This document shows positions 1-11,155 of a stretch of DNA of 46,499 nt, piece by piece. The DNA is taken from contig NW_003314300.1 of the NCBI RefSeq assembly GCF_000143415.4, forward strand, positions 453,744 to 500,242, written 5' to 3'. The number at the start of each line of letters is the position of its first letter. Position 1 is the first letter of the stretch. Below the pieces are notes generated by a model. That model worked only from the letters and a program-made list of their open reading frames with translations. It was not told where the DNA came from and made no database searches. Origin of the DNA: Selaginella moellendorffii. Lineage: Eukaryota > Plantae > Lycopodiophyta. A program made the position numbers and the translations under genes.

Positions 1-152
1 TGGGGGGGGGGGGGTTGCGAGGGGTTCCAAAAGTATAGTAGGGATAAGGTCTAGGAATAAATCTTGAAGGAACTTTTTAGTGGTGCTTCCAAACTGACTT
101 GAGGTTGAGACTAGGGTTGAAAAGCCTTAGGTGGGAGTGAGCATGGACTCAG

Positions 153-1507
153 GTGGTGATAGAGCCCCCACCGGTCTTCAAGGGAGTGAATGATTATAAA
201 GTGGTGGAGGATTTGTTTTATGATATGGAAGATTATTCCAAGTGTTGTAGTTACCGAGCTCAGAGAAGTGGGCACTTGGGAAATGATGAAGGTAAGGATC
301 CATGTAACTTACGTTCCTCCAAATGCTACTCTGCACTTAAGGGATGAGCTAAGTAGGTTAAAGAAGACCAAAATGTAAGCAACCAAAGGGAACGACTCGA
401 GAGACGATCCATGGGGTTCAAATATAGAGGGAAAGGGCCCATGAACAAGAGTGCACCCCCTTTTCCAATTGGTTAAGGGTCTTGGGATAATTGGAGTTAA
501 GCGTCCTTGGGTTTGAATAGTACTGGGCTGGGTGACCTCCCGGGAAGTCCAAACTCAGGAGTTTACACAAAACCATTCAAGAGTATGTGAATGCGTTTAT
601 GGCAAAGAGGATACTTGTTATGGATATGGGTGATATGGATGCATTCCATGCCTTCATATCAAGCTTGTAAACCTGGACTCGTGGCGAGGTGATGCATTGG
701 AACGTGACCAACTACAAGGAAGTATTGGATGCAGCTATTAAGGTGCATTTCAATGATAACTTGCAAAAGGGGAATAACAGGGTTGGGGTCCATGTTCAGC
801 AAAGGAGCCAAACCAAAGGGGACATATGACAAAAGGAAATTTAAGAAGAGTTTCTTTAAGAATGAGTCCTCAGGCTTTTGGAAAGGCAGATCCGGTGGCT
901 AGCGAGCAAGTACGTGGGGGAGTTAAGTGAAAAGGGACAAACCCATAGATAAAAAGGTTAAGTTGGTTAGTAATGTGGGAAACAATATATGCTTCAACAG
1001 CGGTGAAGCATGACACTTTTCGAGAGAATGTCCCTACCTAAAGAAGGTTAGAGTCAATATGGCCATTAAGTCAAGTGAAAACCAAACTAAGATACGTGAT
1101 TTAGTCTTTAGCTCAAAGTTACTCATTACACGAGGAACTTTGGTAAAGAGTCATTTGCAACATTTACTAACCCTCTGAGGGAAGTTCAGAAGTAATTTTG
1201 TTAAAATCCTTATTGATACGGGTGCTTCGAATAATTTTATAGCTGTAGATAAAGTCCGGCAAACCAAATTAACAGTGTAGTGGCTAGGTGAACCAAGGAC
1301 TATAGAGTTTGTTCAAGGTAGCCAAAGCACTGATGAGGTACTTAGATAAGCAAGAGTTGAAGTAGAGACATGAAAAGTAAACATGGATTTCACTGTGTTG
1401 GACATGGTGAGATTTGATGTGATCTTTATGATGAATTAGTTCAATCGGTTTATGGTAGCTCTGCATGGACAAGGTAGGAACCTTGTGGTACTGGTGAATG
1501 CCCAGGG
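153..1507 (+). pseudogene. gag: Element A gag (partly deleted, CCHC-type knuckle) and aspartic protease, disrupted
   Basis: PPVFKG..DYKVVEDLFYDMEDY gag-like start, knuckle at 990-1034, LIDTGAS protease motif; in-frame stops; Cassandra solo LTR inserted at 374-567. Confidence 0.8.
374..567 (+). mobile_element. Cassandra TRIM solo LTR (194 bp) carrying a 5S rRNA internal-promoter domain
   Basis: TGTAAG...TTTACA termini; 5-bp TSD CAAAA (369-373, 568-572). Bases 495-550 (AGTTAAGCGTCCTTGGG...TAGTACTGGGCTGGGTGACCTCCCGGGAAGTCC) match the box A/IE/box C core of plant 5S rRNA. Confidence 0.92.
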
Positions 1508-1989
1508 AGAACTGTCAAGACCCCCAATAAGATCAGGATTGGAAAATGCAAAAGACAAAAAGAAAAGCTAGTGGAGACGAAAAATAAGCCTTAGACTGGT
1601 GTTGATTCAAATTGTGGAGAAATGGAACAAGGCTAACCTATATATACTATAGGTTGATGAAGCTCCACCACTCTTGGATCGAGGACAGCCTAAATATAGC
1701 TGAGGTCGAGGAGGCACCACATCATCATCAGGAATGTGGTTCGAGAATTAGGAATCGTATGGGAAATCAGAGAGTTAGGAATAGAAAAGTGTCTTGAGAG
1801 TCAAGAATGTGGTCTGCGGGTCAGGAATCCAGCGAGAGTCAGGAATATGGCAAGAATTGGGGGATTCTTGATAGCACCCCCTCCTCAAGAACGAGTGGAA
1901 CGAGGACGTGAATGAGAACGAAGAGGAGGATGCGATCGGCGTCGAGGGACAGAAGATGGAGAATGAAAAGAATGAGGACTGGATGAGAA

Positions 1990-4900
1990 GGATAGCGGTG
2001 ATGGAAGTCTTGAACAAGGTTAGGAGAATGAATTAGGTTGTCCGCAGGTTCCTAAGTGCATTCCTCAGGTTCGTAACCCTTCCAGTCTAACAGATAGTAG
2101 AGTTTAGACCGTGAGATCTTGGAATCAAGGATGTTCTGAACCTCATACTCAGACCCATCCTTAAGCTGCACTAGTGGAGGTAGAGGAATGACCCGATTTG
2201 GAATAGGACTAGGAATATAAGGCTCAAGGAGAGAGGAGTGAAAAACAGGGTGAATTTGATATGAAGAGGGAAGCGCAAGGCAATAAATGACATGATTAAT
2301 GATGGCAGTGATAGGGAAAGGACCGAGGTGTTTGAAATTGAGTTTGGGACATGGCCTGGTGGTGGAGATATTTCGCCTGAGGAGCCAGACTTTATCCCTG
2401 ATATTGTAAGGGGGACAATCCTGATGATGGACATTAGCAAATGTTTTGTGAGATTCCTGAGCATGATGGAGGTGGAAGGAGATGGAGTTGTGGATTTCCT
2501 AGAGGTTGGAGACAAATGCCTTAGAGTGGGGATTTGAACAAGAGGATTCAGATGGAGAAGGAAGTGAGAGATTGAATCAGGGATTTCGGCTAGAGTTTGT
2601 AAAGAAGGGGGAAACTCGAAGGGAAGAGTAAATGGAGTTGTTATAGGAGAACTCAGCAAGGGGAAGGATATCGAATCAGTCATCCTAATGATAGTTGATG
2701 AAGCACCTCAGGAATTGTTCCAACGTCTGAATCGTTCACTCGGATTGTCCATTAGTTTGAGGATGATAAAAGAGAGGTTGGCCTTCACTCCAAGCAGCTG
2801 TAAGAACCATTGCCAGAAATGAGAGATGAACTAAGGTCCCCAATCTGAAACCACATCTGCAGAAATCCCATGAAGTCTAAAAATTTCTCTAAATACCAGT
2901 TTTGCCATATCCTCGCCCGAAAACTCCTTGCTACACAATAGGAAATGCACCATCTTTATGAAGTGATCCACCACGACTAAAATTCTGTTAAAGCCTCCAT
3001 AACTCAGAAGATCACTCAAGAAATCCATGGAGATTCCCAAGGATCTGAAGGGACCGGGAAGGAACGAAGCAAACCTGAAGGAAGGTGGCGAGATACCTTA
3101 TTCTAGGCGCAAGTGTCACAGGAGGTAACAAAAGCTTGATGTAGTTGTCTATGTGAGGCCACTAAAAGTCCCATGCAACCAGTTCATAGGTTTTCACAAT
3201 GCCGAAATGACCAGTAGTTGGGCTATCATGGCATGCCATCAGGACCAACCTTCGAGCATCACCTTCAGGAACGTAAAGCTACTCCCCACGGTATAACAAG
3301 CCATCTAAGAACTCAAACTCGTCAAATCGCCGGCAGTCGGGAGTCACTGGGTGTCCAACCTGAAGATGGAGGAAAATGTTGCTGGCGAGGTCGTCAGATT
3401 GAAGATCATTTCTGATCGCGTCCATCAAGGATGAGTCCTGAGGGGCCAGGGAAATTGCCATAACTTGAAGCCGATCAGGACCGAGGATAACCTGATCCTA
3501 TTGATCAAAGGCAGGATTACCAGGCTTGAGACTGAGATAGGAGTGTCTTGAAAGAGCATCAGGAAGGCCCTGAAGCTTTCTAGGTCTGTACTTGATAACA
3601 AAGTCAAACCAACTCAGGAATTGTGCCCACCTTGTCTGACGATAGCTCAAAACTCGAGAAGTGGCAATGTACTTGAGATTTTTGTGATCCGTCCAAACCA
3701 TTGTTTGATGGCTTGCCCCCTCCAAGAAACGACACCACTCTCCAAAGGAATCCATGATGGCAGGGAGCTCCTTGTCATGGATTTCATAATTAATCTCCGT
3801 AGGCTAGAATTTTTGAGAATGGAAAGCAACCGGATTAAATTCCTGATCCGCTCCGAGTTGAGACAGCACAACATCGATGGCAAAGTTAGAGGCGTCCGCC
3901 TCGATAAAGAAAGGTTGTGAGGGATCAACATGGATCAAGACGGGAGCAGAACTAAAGGCTGCCTTGAGTGTGTTGAAGGCCTGCTGAGCAGCAGCAGACC
4001 AAGAGAAGGGAACATCTTTGCGACTGAGATGCATAAGAGGAAGGACAATGTCGGAGTAGTGATCAATGAATTTGCGGTAGAAGTTGGTGAAGCCAAGGTA
4101 AACCTAAACGTCCAACATTGATTGTGGAGGCTTCCATTCGAGAATAGTCTTGACTTTGGCAGGATCCATCATGATACCCTCAGGAGTGACAATGTACCCA
4201 AGGAACTCCATAGACTTCTGATTGAAGGAACATTTCTCAAGCTTTGCGTATAGGCTGTGTTCTCGCAGCTTCGTTGGCACCTTGCGCACATGCTCGTCGT
4301 GCTCCTCCTGAGTTTTTTAGTAGATGAGGATGTCATCAAAGTAGACAATCACCATCTGATCAAGAAACTCCCGAAAGACGTCGTTTGCCATATGTTAGAA
4401 AACTACTGGAGCATTTGTCAAGTCAAACGGCATGACAATGTACTCAAAGTGGCCATAGCAGGTTTGGAACACAGTCTTCCATTCATCACCAAGCCGGATC
4501 CGGATCAGATTGTATGCTCCACGGAGGTCGATCTTGGTGAAGAAGCGGGCACTGCCGAGGCATTCCAACAGGTCTAAGATCAGGGGCAACGGATAATGGT
4601 TCTAAATAGTCACCTTGTTCAAACCTTAGTAGTCGATGACTAGCCGCAAACTCCCATCCTTCTTCTTGACAAAGAAGACAGGCACTCTAGCCAGGGACTG
4701 CAAATGCTGAATGTACCCTGATGCAAGGTTCTTGTCCACGTACTCTTTGAGGGCCTTAAGCTCGGACGGGGATAACCCGTAGATAGGCCCCCATGGAGGT
4801 GACACTCCTTTCTGTAAATCAATAGGACAGTCATAAGGCTGATGAATAGGCAGTACATTAGCTTTTTTCTTGTCAAACACATCCCCAAAATGATGATACT

Positions 4901-6490
4901 TCTTAGAAAGACTGACAGGAGAAACATGCAAAGCAAAAAGGAAAATTGGTTCTTCGTGAAGGAGTTCTTTTATAGTGAGTGTGGAGATAAGAGGAGGCAT
5001 ACAACTGAATGGAATGATGGGACGAGGATACTATCCAGTGTAAAATGGAAGAGAGGGAAAAGAAGATTGAGGGATAGGGAGCAAAGAGGGTGAAAATTTC
5101 GTAGAGTCAGGAACAGAACCTTGATTTGAGTTTAGGGAACTTTTCCTGATTTGAACTCGATAACAGCAGGGGAAGACGTGGGAGATGGTGACGTGGGAGA
5201 GACGAGCTGTAATTCCTTCCAACAGATCTAAGGCTGGTGTAGTTGGAACCAAGGAAGGTCGAGCACCACAAAGGAGGAATTGCTGTTGATGATGTTGAAG
5301 GCAATATCGGTGATGGTGGACCCAATGTGTACTCGAACGGACAACATTTCCCTAAGTCTAGAAGATGGAGACACAAAATGCTTGCCGATGCCTTCAACCC
5401 TCAGATCCCATATGGTAGGAGAAAGAGGAATGTAATGTCAGGCAGCAAAGTCCGTATCCATGAAGCAGGAAGTTGCGCCCGAGTTCAGTAGCGCAAGAGC
5501 CTTGAGTCCTTATTTTCCGGTGAAAGAAAGGAGACATGGGATGCGGAAGTTGCGGGAATTGGTGGTGCGTTTGATGAAAGGTGGTGAGACGTTTGATAAA
5601 GAAGAAAAGTGATTTTTATTCGGGGAGTCCAAACAGATAGCTCCTACTCTGTTTGGACAGGGTCATTTCCCGACTACAACAAAGGTGGATCTTGAGGCAG
5701 AGTGAACTCGAGCAGTCGGGGAGGCTTCTTGGGACACACAGCTGCTTTGTGATTAGGATCAGCACAGTAAAGGCAAAGATTCTGAGATACTTGACATTGC
5801 TTCTCAATAGGACTCAACTTCCCTCTGATGAGTCAGAGAGTACCAAAAATATCTATCAAGACTAGAGTAGTTGGTTCAGGAGTATGCCCCAAAGACTCGA
5901 GCTAGGATTCTTGAGTCTGGGACAGGAAAACGGCAACACGGCAACTTTCCTGACGACATTAAAAGAGACGATTGTTGCATTGAACAACTTTGTTGATGGT
6001 ATCCGACAGATCCATGGGATCCTCCATGGTGAGCAACAAATCCTTGACACTGTTGTTGAGGCCGAAAAGAAATTGATCAATCAGGGCCCGCTCATCCCAC
6101 TAAGGTCCAAGGCAAGGAGTTGGAACTCCACGGCATAGATTGAGGCAAGATGAGACCCCTGAGAGAGACGTTTCATCTTTGTGGTGGCAGCCCGAACTCG
6201 ATCTGTCTCACCAAAACATGCTTCGAGCTTCTCTTTGGACAACTAAAGATCCATCAGCTCCAGAACCACGACCCCTTTCATGCTCTTCTCCAAGAGAGGA
6301 GAAAACCATGACAAAGTTGCACCTTCGAGCAACATCCTGATCGCGCCGATTTGAGACTCGGGAGGGGGGTACCGCCGATGTTGAAGTGCGAAGATCAACT
6401 CCATCTGGTTCAGGAATCTGCAAAGCTCTGAATGCTTGTCTGAGAACTTCGCCGGGAAACTCACCTTCGGTTCAAGAACTCTACTTGATC
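1990..6490 (-). pseudogene. gag-pol: Element B gag-pol with C-terminal chromodomain, frameshifted and stop-interrupted
   Basis: ORF fragments 6243-6464 (gag), 4626-5000, 4395-4589 and 4104-4289 (RT), 3804-4034 and 3498-3755 (RNase H), 2831-3040 (integrase); chromodomain ~2000-2156. Confidence 0.93.
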
Positions 6491-6691
6491 CTTGAGCCGA
6501 AAGTGAAGCAAGCTCCTATTGCATGTGAAGAAGGGCCGCATTCAGCTCGGTATTCTCAGACTGGATTTTTGCAAGGACTTCAGCGAAGGAATCAGGATGG
6601 CTTGGAGACTCCATCGGCAAAGAAGAAAGAAAAGGGGGACAAATGTAAAAGCAATTAAACAATCAAAACGAGCTAAAGAAAAAGCAAAAAG

Positions 6692-6708
6692 CACAATCTG
6701 AATCAAAT
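6692..6708 (-). promoter_or_regulatory. Non-tRNA primer-binding site of element B, complementary to its own 5' LTR (self-priming type)
   Basis: 6692-6703 CACAATCTGAAT is the exact reverse complement of 6800-6811 ATTCAGATTGTG. No TGG tRNA-type PBS is present. Confidence 0.8.
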
Positions 6709-7855
6709 TGTCAAGACCCCATCAAGATCAGGACTGAAAAATGCAAAAGACATAGAGAAAAGCTAGTGGAGATGAAGAAAAAGCCTTAGGCTAGCATTAA
6801 TTCAGATTGTGGAGAAATGGAACAAGGCTAGCCTATGTATACTATAGGTTGATGAAGCTCTACCATTCTTGGATTGAGGACGGCCTAAATATAGCTAAGG
6901 TCGAGGAAGTGCCACATCATCATTAGGAATGTGGTTCAAGAATCAGGAATTGTACAAGAAATCAAAGAGTTAGGAATAGGGAAGTGTCTCAAGAGTCAGC
7001 AATGTGGTCTGCGGGTCAGGAATTCGGCGAGAGTCAGGTATGTGGCAAGAATTCGGGGATTCCTAACAAGAACAATCTAGGGTGGAGGCCCAAAATCTAA
7101 AGGTAGGGCAATGTAAGGCTAAAGACTCTTGGTTGAACCTAGTGTCTACAAAAGGACAACTCATTAAAGGAACTAAGGTAGCATTTTTGTGCTTACTCTC
7201 GGTAAAGAGTGACAAAAAGACGGGAACAAAAGAAGCACTTTTAGTGATCCAGTAGGTGTTAGATCAATTTCAAGATACCATGCTAGAGGAGTTACCAACG
7301 GGGTTAACTCCCACACGACTAATAGAATATAAAATCGAGTTGGTTGAGGGTGCTAAGGCAGTGGTTCGTTCCCTTTATCGTTTAAATGAAAAGGAACTAG
7401 AGGAGCTTAAGAGTTAACTTGAAGAGTTGGTGGATAAAGGGTATATTAGGTTGAGTAAGTTGCCGTATGAAGCGCTAGTGTTATTTGTGGAAAAGAAAGA
7501 TGGATCTATGCGCATTTGCATAGACTACCGATTGCTCAACAAATATACAAAGAAGAATAAGTACCCTTTACCAGGGATTAAGGACTTATTTAATAGGTTG
7601 GGAAAGGTGAAATACTTCTCGAGGATTGACCTAAGGTCAAGATATTACAAGATCCGGGTAGCAGAGGAAGATGTTAAGAAGACAACCTATCGGATAAAGT
7701 ATGGGAGCTTTGAGTTTCTAGTGATGCCCTTTGGGCTGTGCAATGCACTAACAATGTTTTTGGCACTAATGAACCATATTTTTGTACCTTATCTAAATCA
7801 CTTTGTGGTCATCTATATTGACGACATCCTGATCTATAGCGAGACGTTAGAGGAG

Positions 7856-8454
7856 TGTAGTGCACCTTATCTCTCTCCCCTTAAACCAACTGAAAAAGGG
7901 GCACAGTGATAGTATATCCAAATTTCATCCCATAATCATATGCGCTACACTCACCACCTCTTTAGAGATGTCAATGTCTTCATTGACTATTGATTAACAA
8001 CCCCTACTGAGCCAAGGGGAACCAGCACATCCATTTCCATACTGAATCTACCAATCCTTCCATTGTGTAAACTAGCTATTCCATGTGAGACAATTAGTCA
8101 TTCACCTGTACCGCAGTCCAACAGTCGATACTTTCATCTGGGATGCTCCACAAAAGGAAGGATGTATGTATGGATGCCCAATACATTTGATTTCAAATTT
8201 AGGGGTAAGAATATAGTTTGCTCAAGGGTATATTATATTTTTTAAGTAGCCACTAATCAATAGGCCGTACAATTTGCTCTGATACCACATATAGCACACT
8301 TTATGTCTCTCCCCTTAAGCTAACTGGAAAAAGGACAATTGTTTAATGAGAGAGCCTTTAGTGGCTATTTTACCCTCATTTATCCCTCAAAGAAGTTCCA
8401 AGGATCCACAGTGACAGTATATCCAAATCTCATCCCATGATCACATGTGCTATA
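7856..8454 (-). mobile_element. TRIM (non-Cassandra family), copy 1, inserted in the RT of element A
   Basis: LTRs 7856-7949 (internally deleted) and 8290-8454; TSD AGGAG (7851-7855, 8455-8459); tRNA-iMet PBS TGGTATCAGAGC on the minus strand at 8276-8287; PPT next to 7950; non-coding. Confidence 0.92.
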
Positions 8455-9906
8455 AGGAGCATGCCAAACACTTGACGAAGGTGTTTGAGAAATTAAAGGA
8501 ACACAAGTTGTATGCTAAAGAGAGTAAATGTGACTTTACTCAACAAAAGGTAAAATTTCTCAGGCATATGGTGGGCAAGGACTGGCTCAAGGTGGACCCT
8601 GAGAAGGTCCAAGCGATCTAGGAATGGGAGTGACTTGAATATACACGAGTTGAGGGCGTTTTTGGGGTTATGCAACTACTACCAAAAGTTTATCAAACAC
8701 TATTCGAGAGTAGCTCTGCCTTTAATGGACCAAATGAGAAAAAGGAAGATGGTCTAGATAATAGATGTGGCATTTGTCCACCTCAAAGGGAAGTTAAAGA
8801 AAACTCCCGTGTTATCAGAATTTGGTAAAGACTTCGAGGTAGAAATAAATGCTTCAAACTTTGCATTGAGTGCAATTTTGAAGCAAGACAACCATCTAGT
8901 GGCATTCTTTTCAAAGAAGTTGGATAAAGCTTAGCAAAAGTGGCTTGCCCACAAGAAGGAATTATTTGCGGTGGTCAAGGCGCTCAAGGAGTGGCAACAC
9001 TACCTTGGGAGGCACTTCAAAGTTTATATAGATAATGTGGCAACAAAACACTTCTTGTCGTAGACCGACCTAAAAGGAAAACAAGGGTGGTTTTGACCAA
9101 GTTCAATTGTGAGATTCTGTATAAACTTGGGAAGAGCAACATTGTGGCAAATGTTTTAAGTTGAAAGGCAAACTTGAAGTTGGCAATATCTAGCATAATA
9201 ATAACTTTTTGGAATGATGTACGGACAACATATGAGAATGATGGTCTAGCACAAAAAGTGTTGCTAAAGAACCAAGAGGCGCGTGATGCTCACTAAAGAG
9301 GTGAGCTGCCAATGGAAGAGAAAACAAGTTATGCAGAACGTAATAGACTCATTTATTATAAACAAATAAGGGTGTATGTTCCAAAAGGGGAACTAAGGAA
9401 GGTGGTCTTAGAAGAGTGTCATAATGGACCTTTTGCAGGACACGGCAGAGTGCCCAAAACGATAGGCTTACTCAAGAGGAAATACCACTGGCCAGACATG
9501 GCTAAAGACATTTAAGACTATGTAAAGACATATCCAATATGTTAGTAGGTCAAAACTATGACTAAGGCTAGTGGGAGCTTGTTACAAAACCTCCCAATTC
9601 CATATCATTTGTGGAAATATTTTACGATAGACTTCATCACGAGACTCCCCCCAAGTGACGGGTTTGATGTGATATTCGTGGTGGTGGACCAGTTTTTGAA
9701 GATGGCACATTTCATACCCACCATAGCGAAAGTGGATGCGGAAGTTGTGGCAAAGCTGTTCTTCAAACAAGTGGTTTGAGTGCGGGGAAGGCTAGAAGAG
9801 ATCATTTCAAATTAAGATAAGATTTTCACTAATAGGTTCTAAAGAACTCTTCTATAACAATATTACACTAAGTTGACATTCAACACAGTCTATCACCCAT
9901 AGATAG

Positions 9907-9953
9907 GTATTGGGTATTAAGTCAAGTTTGATGGCACTAACACTTCTTGACAA
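9907..9953 (+). other. 47-nt spliceosomal-type intron in the integrase core of element A
   Basis: GTATTG...CACTAAC (9935-9941)...TTGACAA (acceptor CAG decayed to CAA). Removal restores the register of YHPQTDGQTERVN, here YHP*IDR*TERVN, using only C>T and G>A changes. Confidence 0.72.
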
Positions 9954-10259
9954 ATAGATAAACAGAAAGGGTGAATAGGCAGCTAGAGGATTATTTGTGA
10001 TGCTATGTCTCTAGAGACTAAACTGATTGGGTAAGTCATTTGAGACTTGCGAAAATGTATTTTAACAACTCACCACATTCGAGTATTGGGGTGAGTCCAT
10101 AGGAAGTCATCAATGGGTGAGTTATTGATGGTCTTATGGAACTTGGCATGGCTGAGTATTATAAAGAGTTATCTACCACTTGGACGCATTCATGGCAGAA
10201 AGACTCAACATTTGAAATCTAATAAGGGATTCCTTGGAATGGGCTCAACAAAGGCAAAC

Positions 10260-10985
10260 TGTAAGCTCTTAAATTTGGACTTCTTGGCAAACCCAAGGAT
10301 GCTTAACCCCAACTATCCCAAGATCTTTAACCAATTGGAAAAAGGGGGTGCACTCTCATTCATATGCCCTTTCCCTCTATATTTGAACCTTTATAGATCA
10401 TCTTTTAAGTTATTCTCTTTGGTTATTTACAATCCACCACGCTTCCCTACAAGTTCACACCCTCGTGAACAGAAGTTTAGAGTCGCAACTCTCCCAAGAG
10501 CCTTGCTCTCCTGACACCCTACCCCTTGAGTCAAACTCAGCGAGGGTGTGAATGGAAGCTTAGAGTCGCAACTCTCTTAAGAGCCCTGCTCTCTTGACAC
10601 CTTACCCCTCGAGTCAAACCCAACTGGAGCATACTAGACCCTTGCCAATAAGAGCCTTGCTCTCTTGACACCTTACCCCTCGAGTCAAACCCAGCTGGAG
10701 CATACTAGACCCTTGCCAAATGTCAATTAACATGTGGTGTGATTCCCCTAACCAACAAATAAAGTTAGACCCGAGCCCCTCTGATACCAAATGTAAGCTT
10801 TGAATTTGGACTTCTTGGGAGGTCATCTAGCCTAGTACTATATAAACCTAAGGACGCTTAACCCCAACTATCCCAAGACCCTTAACCAATTGGAAAAACG
10901 GGTGCACTTTTATTCATAAGCTCTTTCTCTTTATATTTGAATATTTATGGATCGTCTCTCAAGTCATTTTCTTTGATTGCTTACA
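10260..10985 (-). mobile_element. Full-length Cassandra TRIM inserted in the integrase of element A
   Basis: LTRs 10260-10431 and 10792-10985 are homologous to the 374-567 solo LTR; TSD CAAAC (10255-10259, 10986-10990); PBS TGGTATCAGAG at 10779-10789 (minus); PPT AGGGAAGCGTGGTGGAT; internal tandem repeats at ~10478-10720. Confidence 0.93.
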
Positions 10986-11104
10986 CAAACTAAATACACG
11001 AACCAAAAGCACTGGGATGTAGAGTTCCAACTTGGGGATAAGGTGTGGCTAAACACTAAGAACCTAAGGTTCCCAAGTAGGATTAGCCAAAAGTTGACCC
11101 AAAG

Positions 11105-11155
11105 GTCAAATGCATGTATTTTTGGAAATGAACTGATCTTGAGTTCCTTAAGCAG
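11105..11155 (+). other. 51-nt spliceosomal-type intron just before the GPY motif of element A integrase
   Basis: AAAG|GTCAAA...AACTGAT...TTAAGCAG|GT. Removal restores KLTQRFTGPY. Confidence 0.68.

Larger units (their letters stand above)
1513..7068 (-). mobile_element. Element B: full-length but decayed Tcn1/Tf1-like Ty3/Gypsy chromovirus nested in A
   Basis: LTRs 1513-1873 and 6709-7068 (~360 bp); TSD AGAAC (1508-1512, 7069-7073); PPT on the minus strand at 1874-1889; gag FPAKFS...FLNQMELIF, CLYCADPNHKAAVCP knuckle, LLNSGATSCF protease, YFDDILIY RT, RNase H, integrase with HPQTNGQSE and GPF, chromodomain EYEVQNILDS...YLLDWKGY. Confidence 0.96.

Noticed and set aside
495-550. 5S rRNA gene
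   Set aside because: Only the central promoter part is present, inside an LTR with a TSD; it is Cassandra, not an rRNA gene.
1143-1189. GTAAAG...TACTAAC...TTCAG, an apparent third 47-nt intron in element A
   Set aside because: The unspliced sequence already reads in frame as the protease N-terminus (HLLTL*GKFRSNFVKILIDTGA), and removal would shift the frame.
2171-2683. 170-aa Ser/Pro/Leu-rich ORF as an extra gene in element B
   Set aside because: It is mostly an alternative frame of the integrase C-terminal region (DKVWLLRRN...HLGPF...HPVFH).
9300-9336. GTGAGC...TGCAG possible intron in the RNase H-integrase linker
   Set aside because: Only ~36 nt, no branch point, in a variable linker; not needed to restore any motif.
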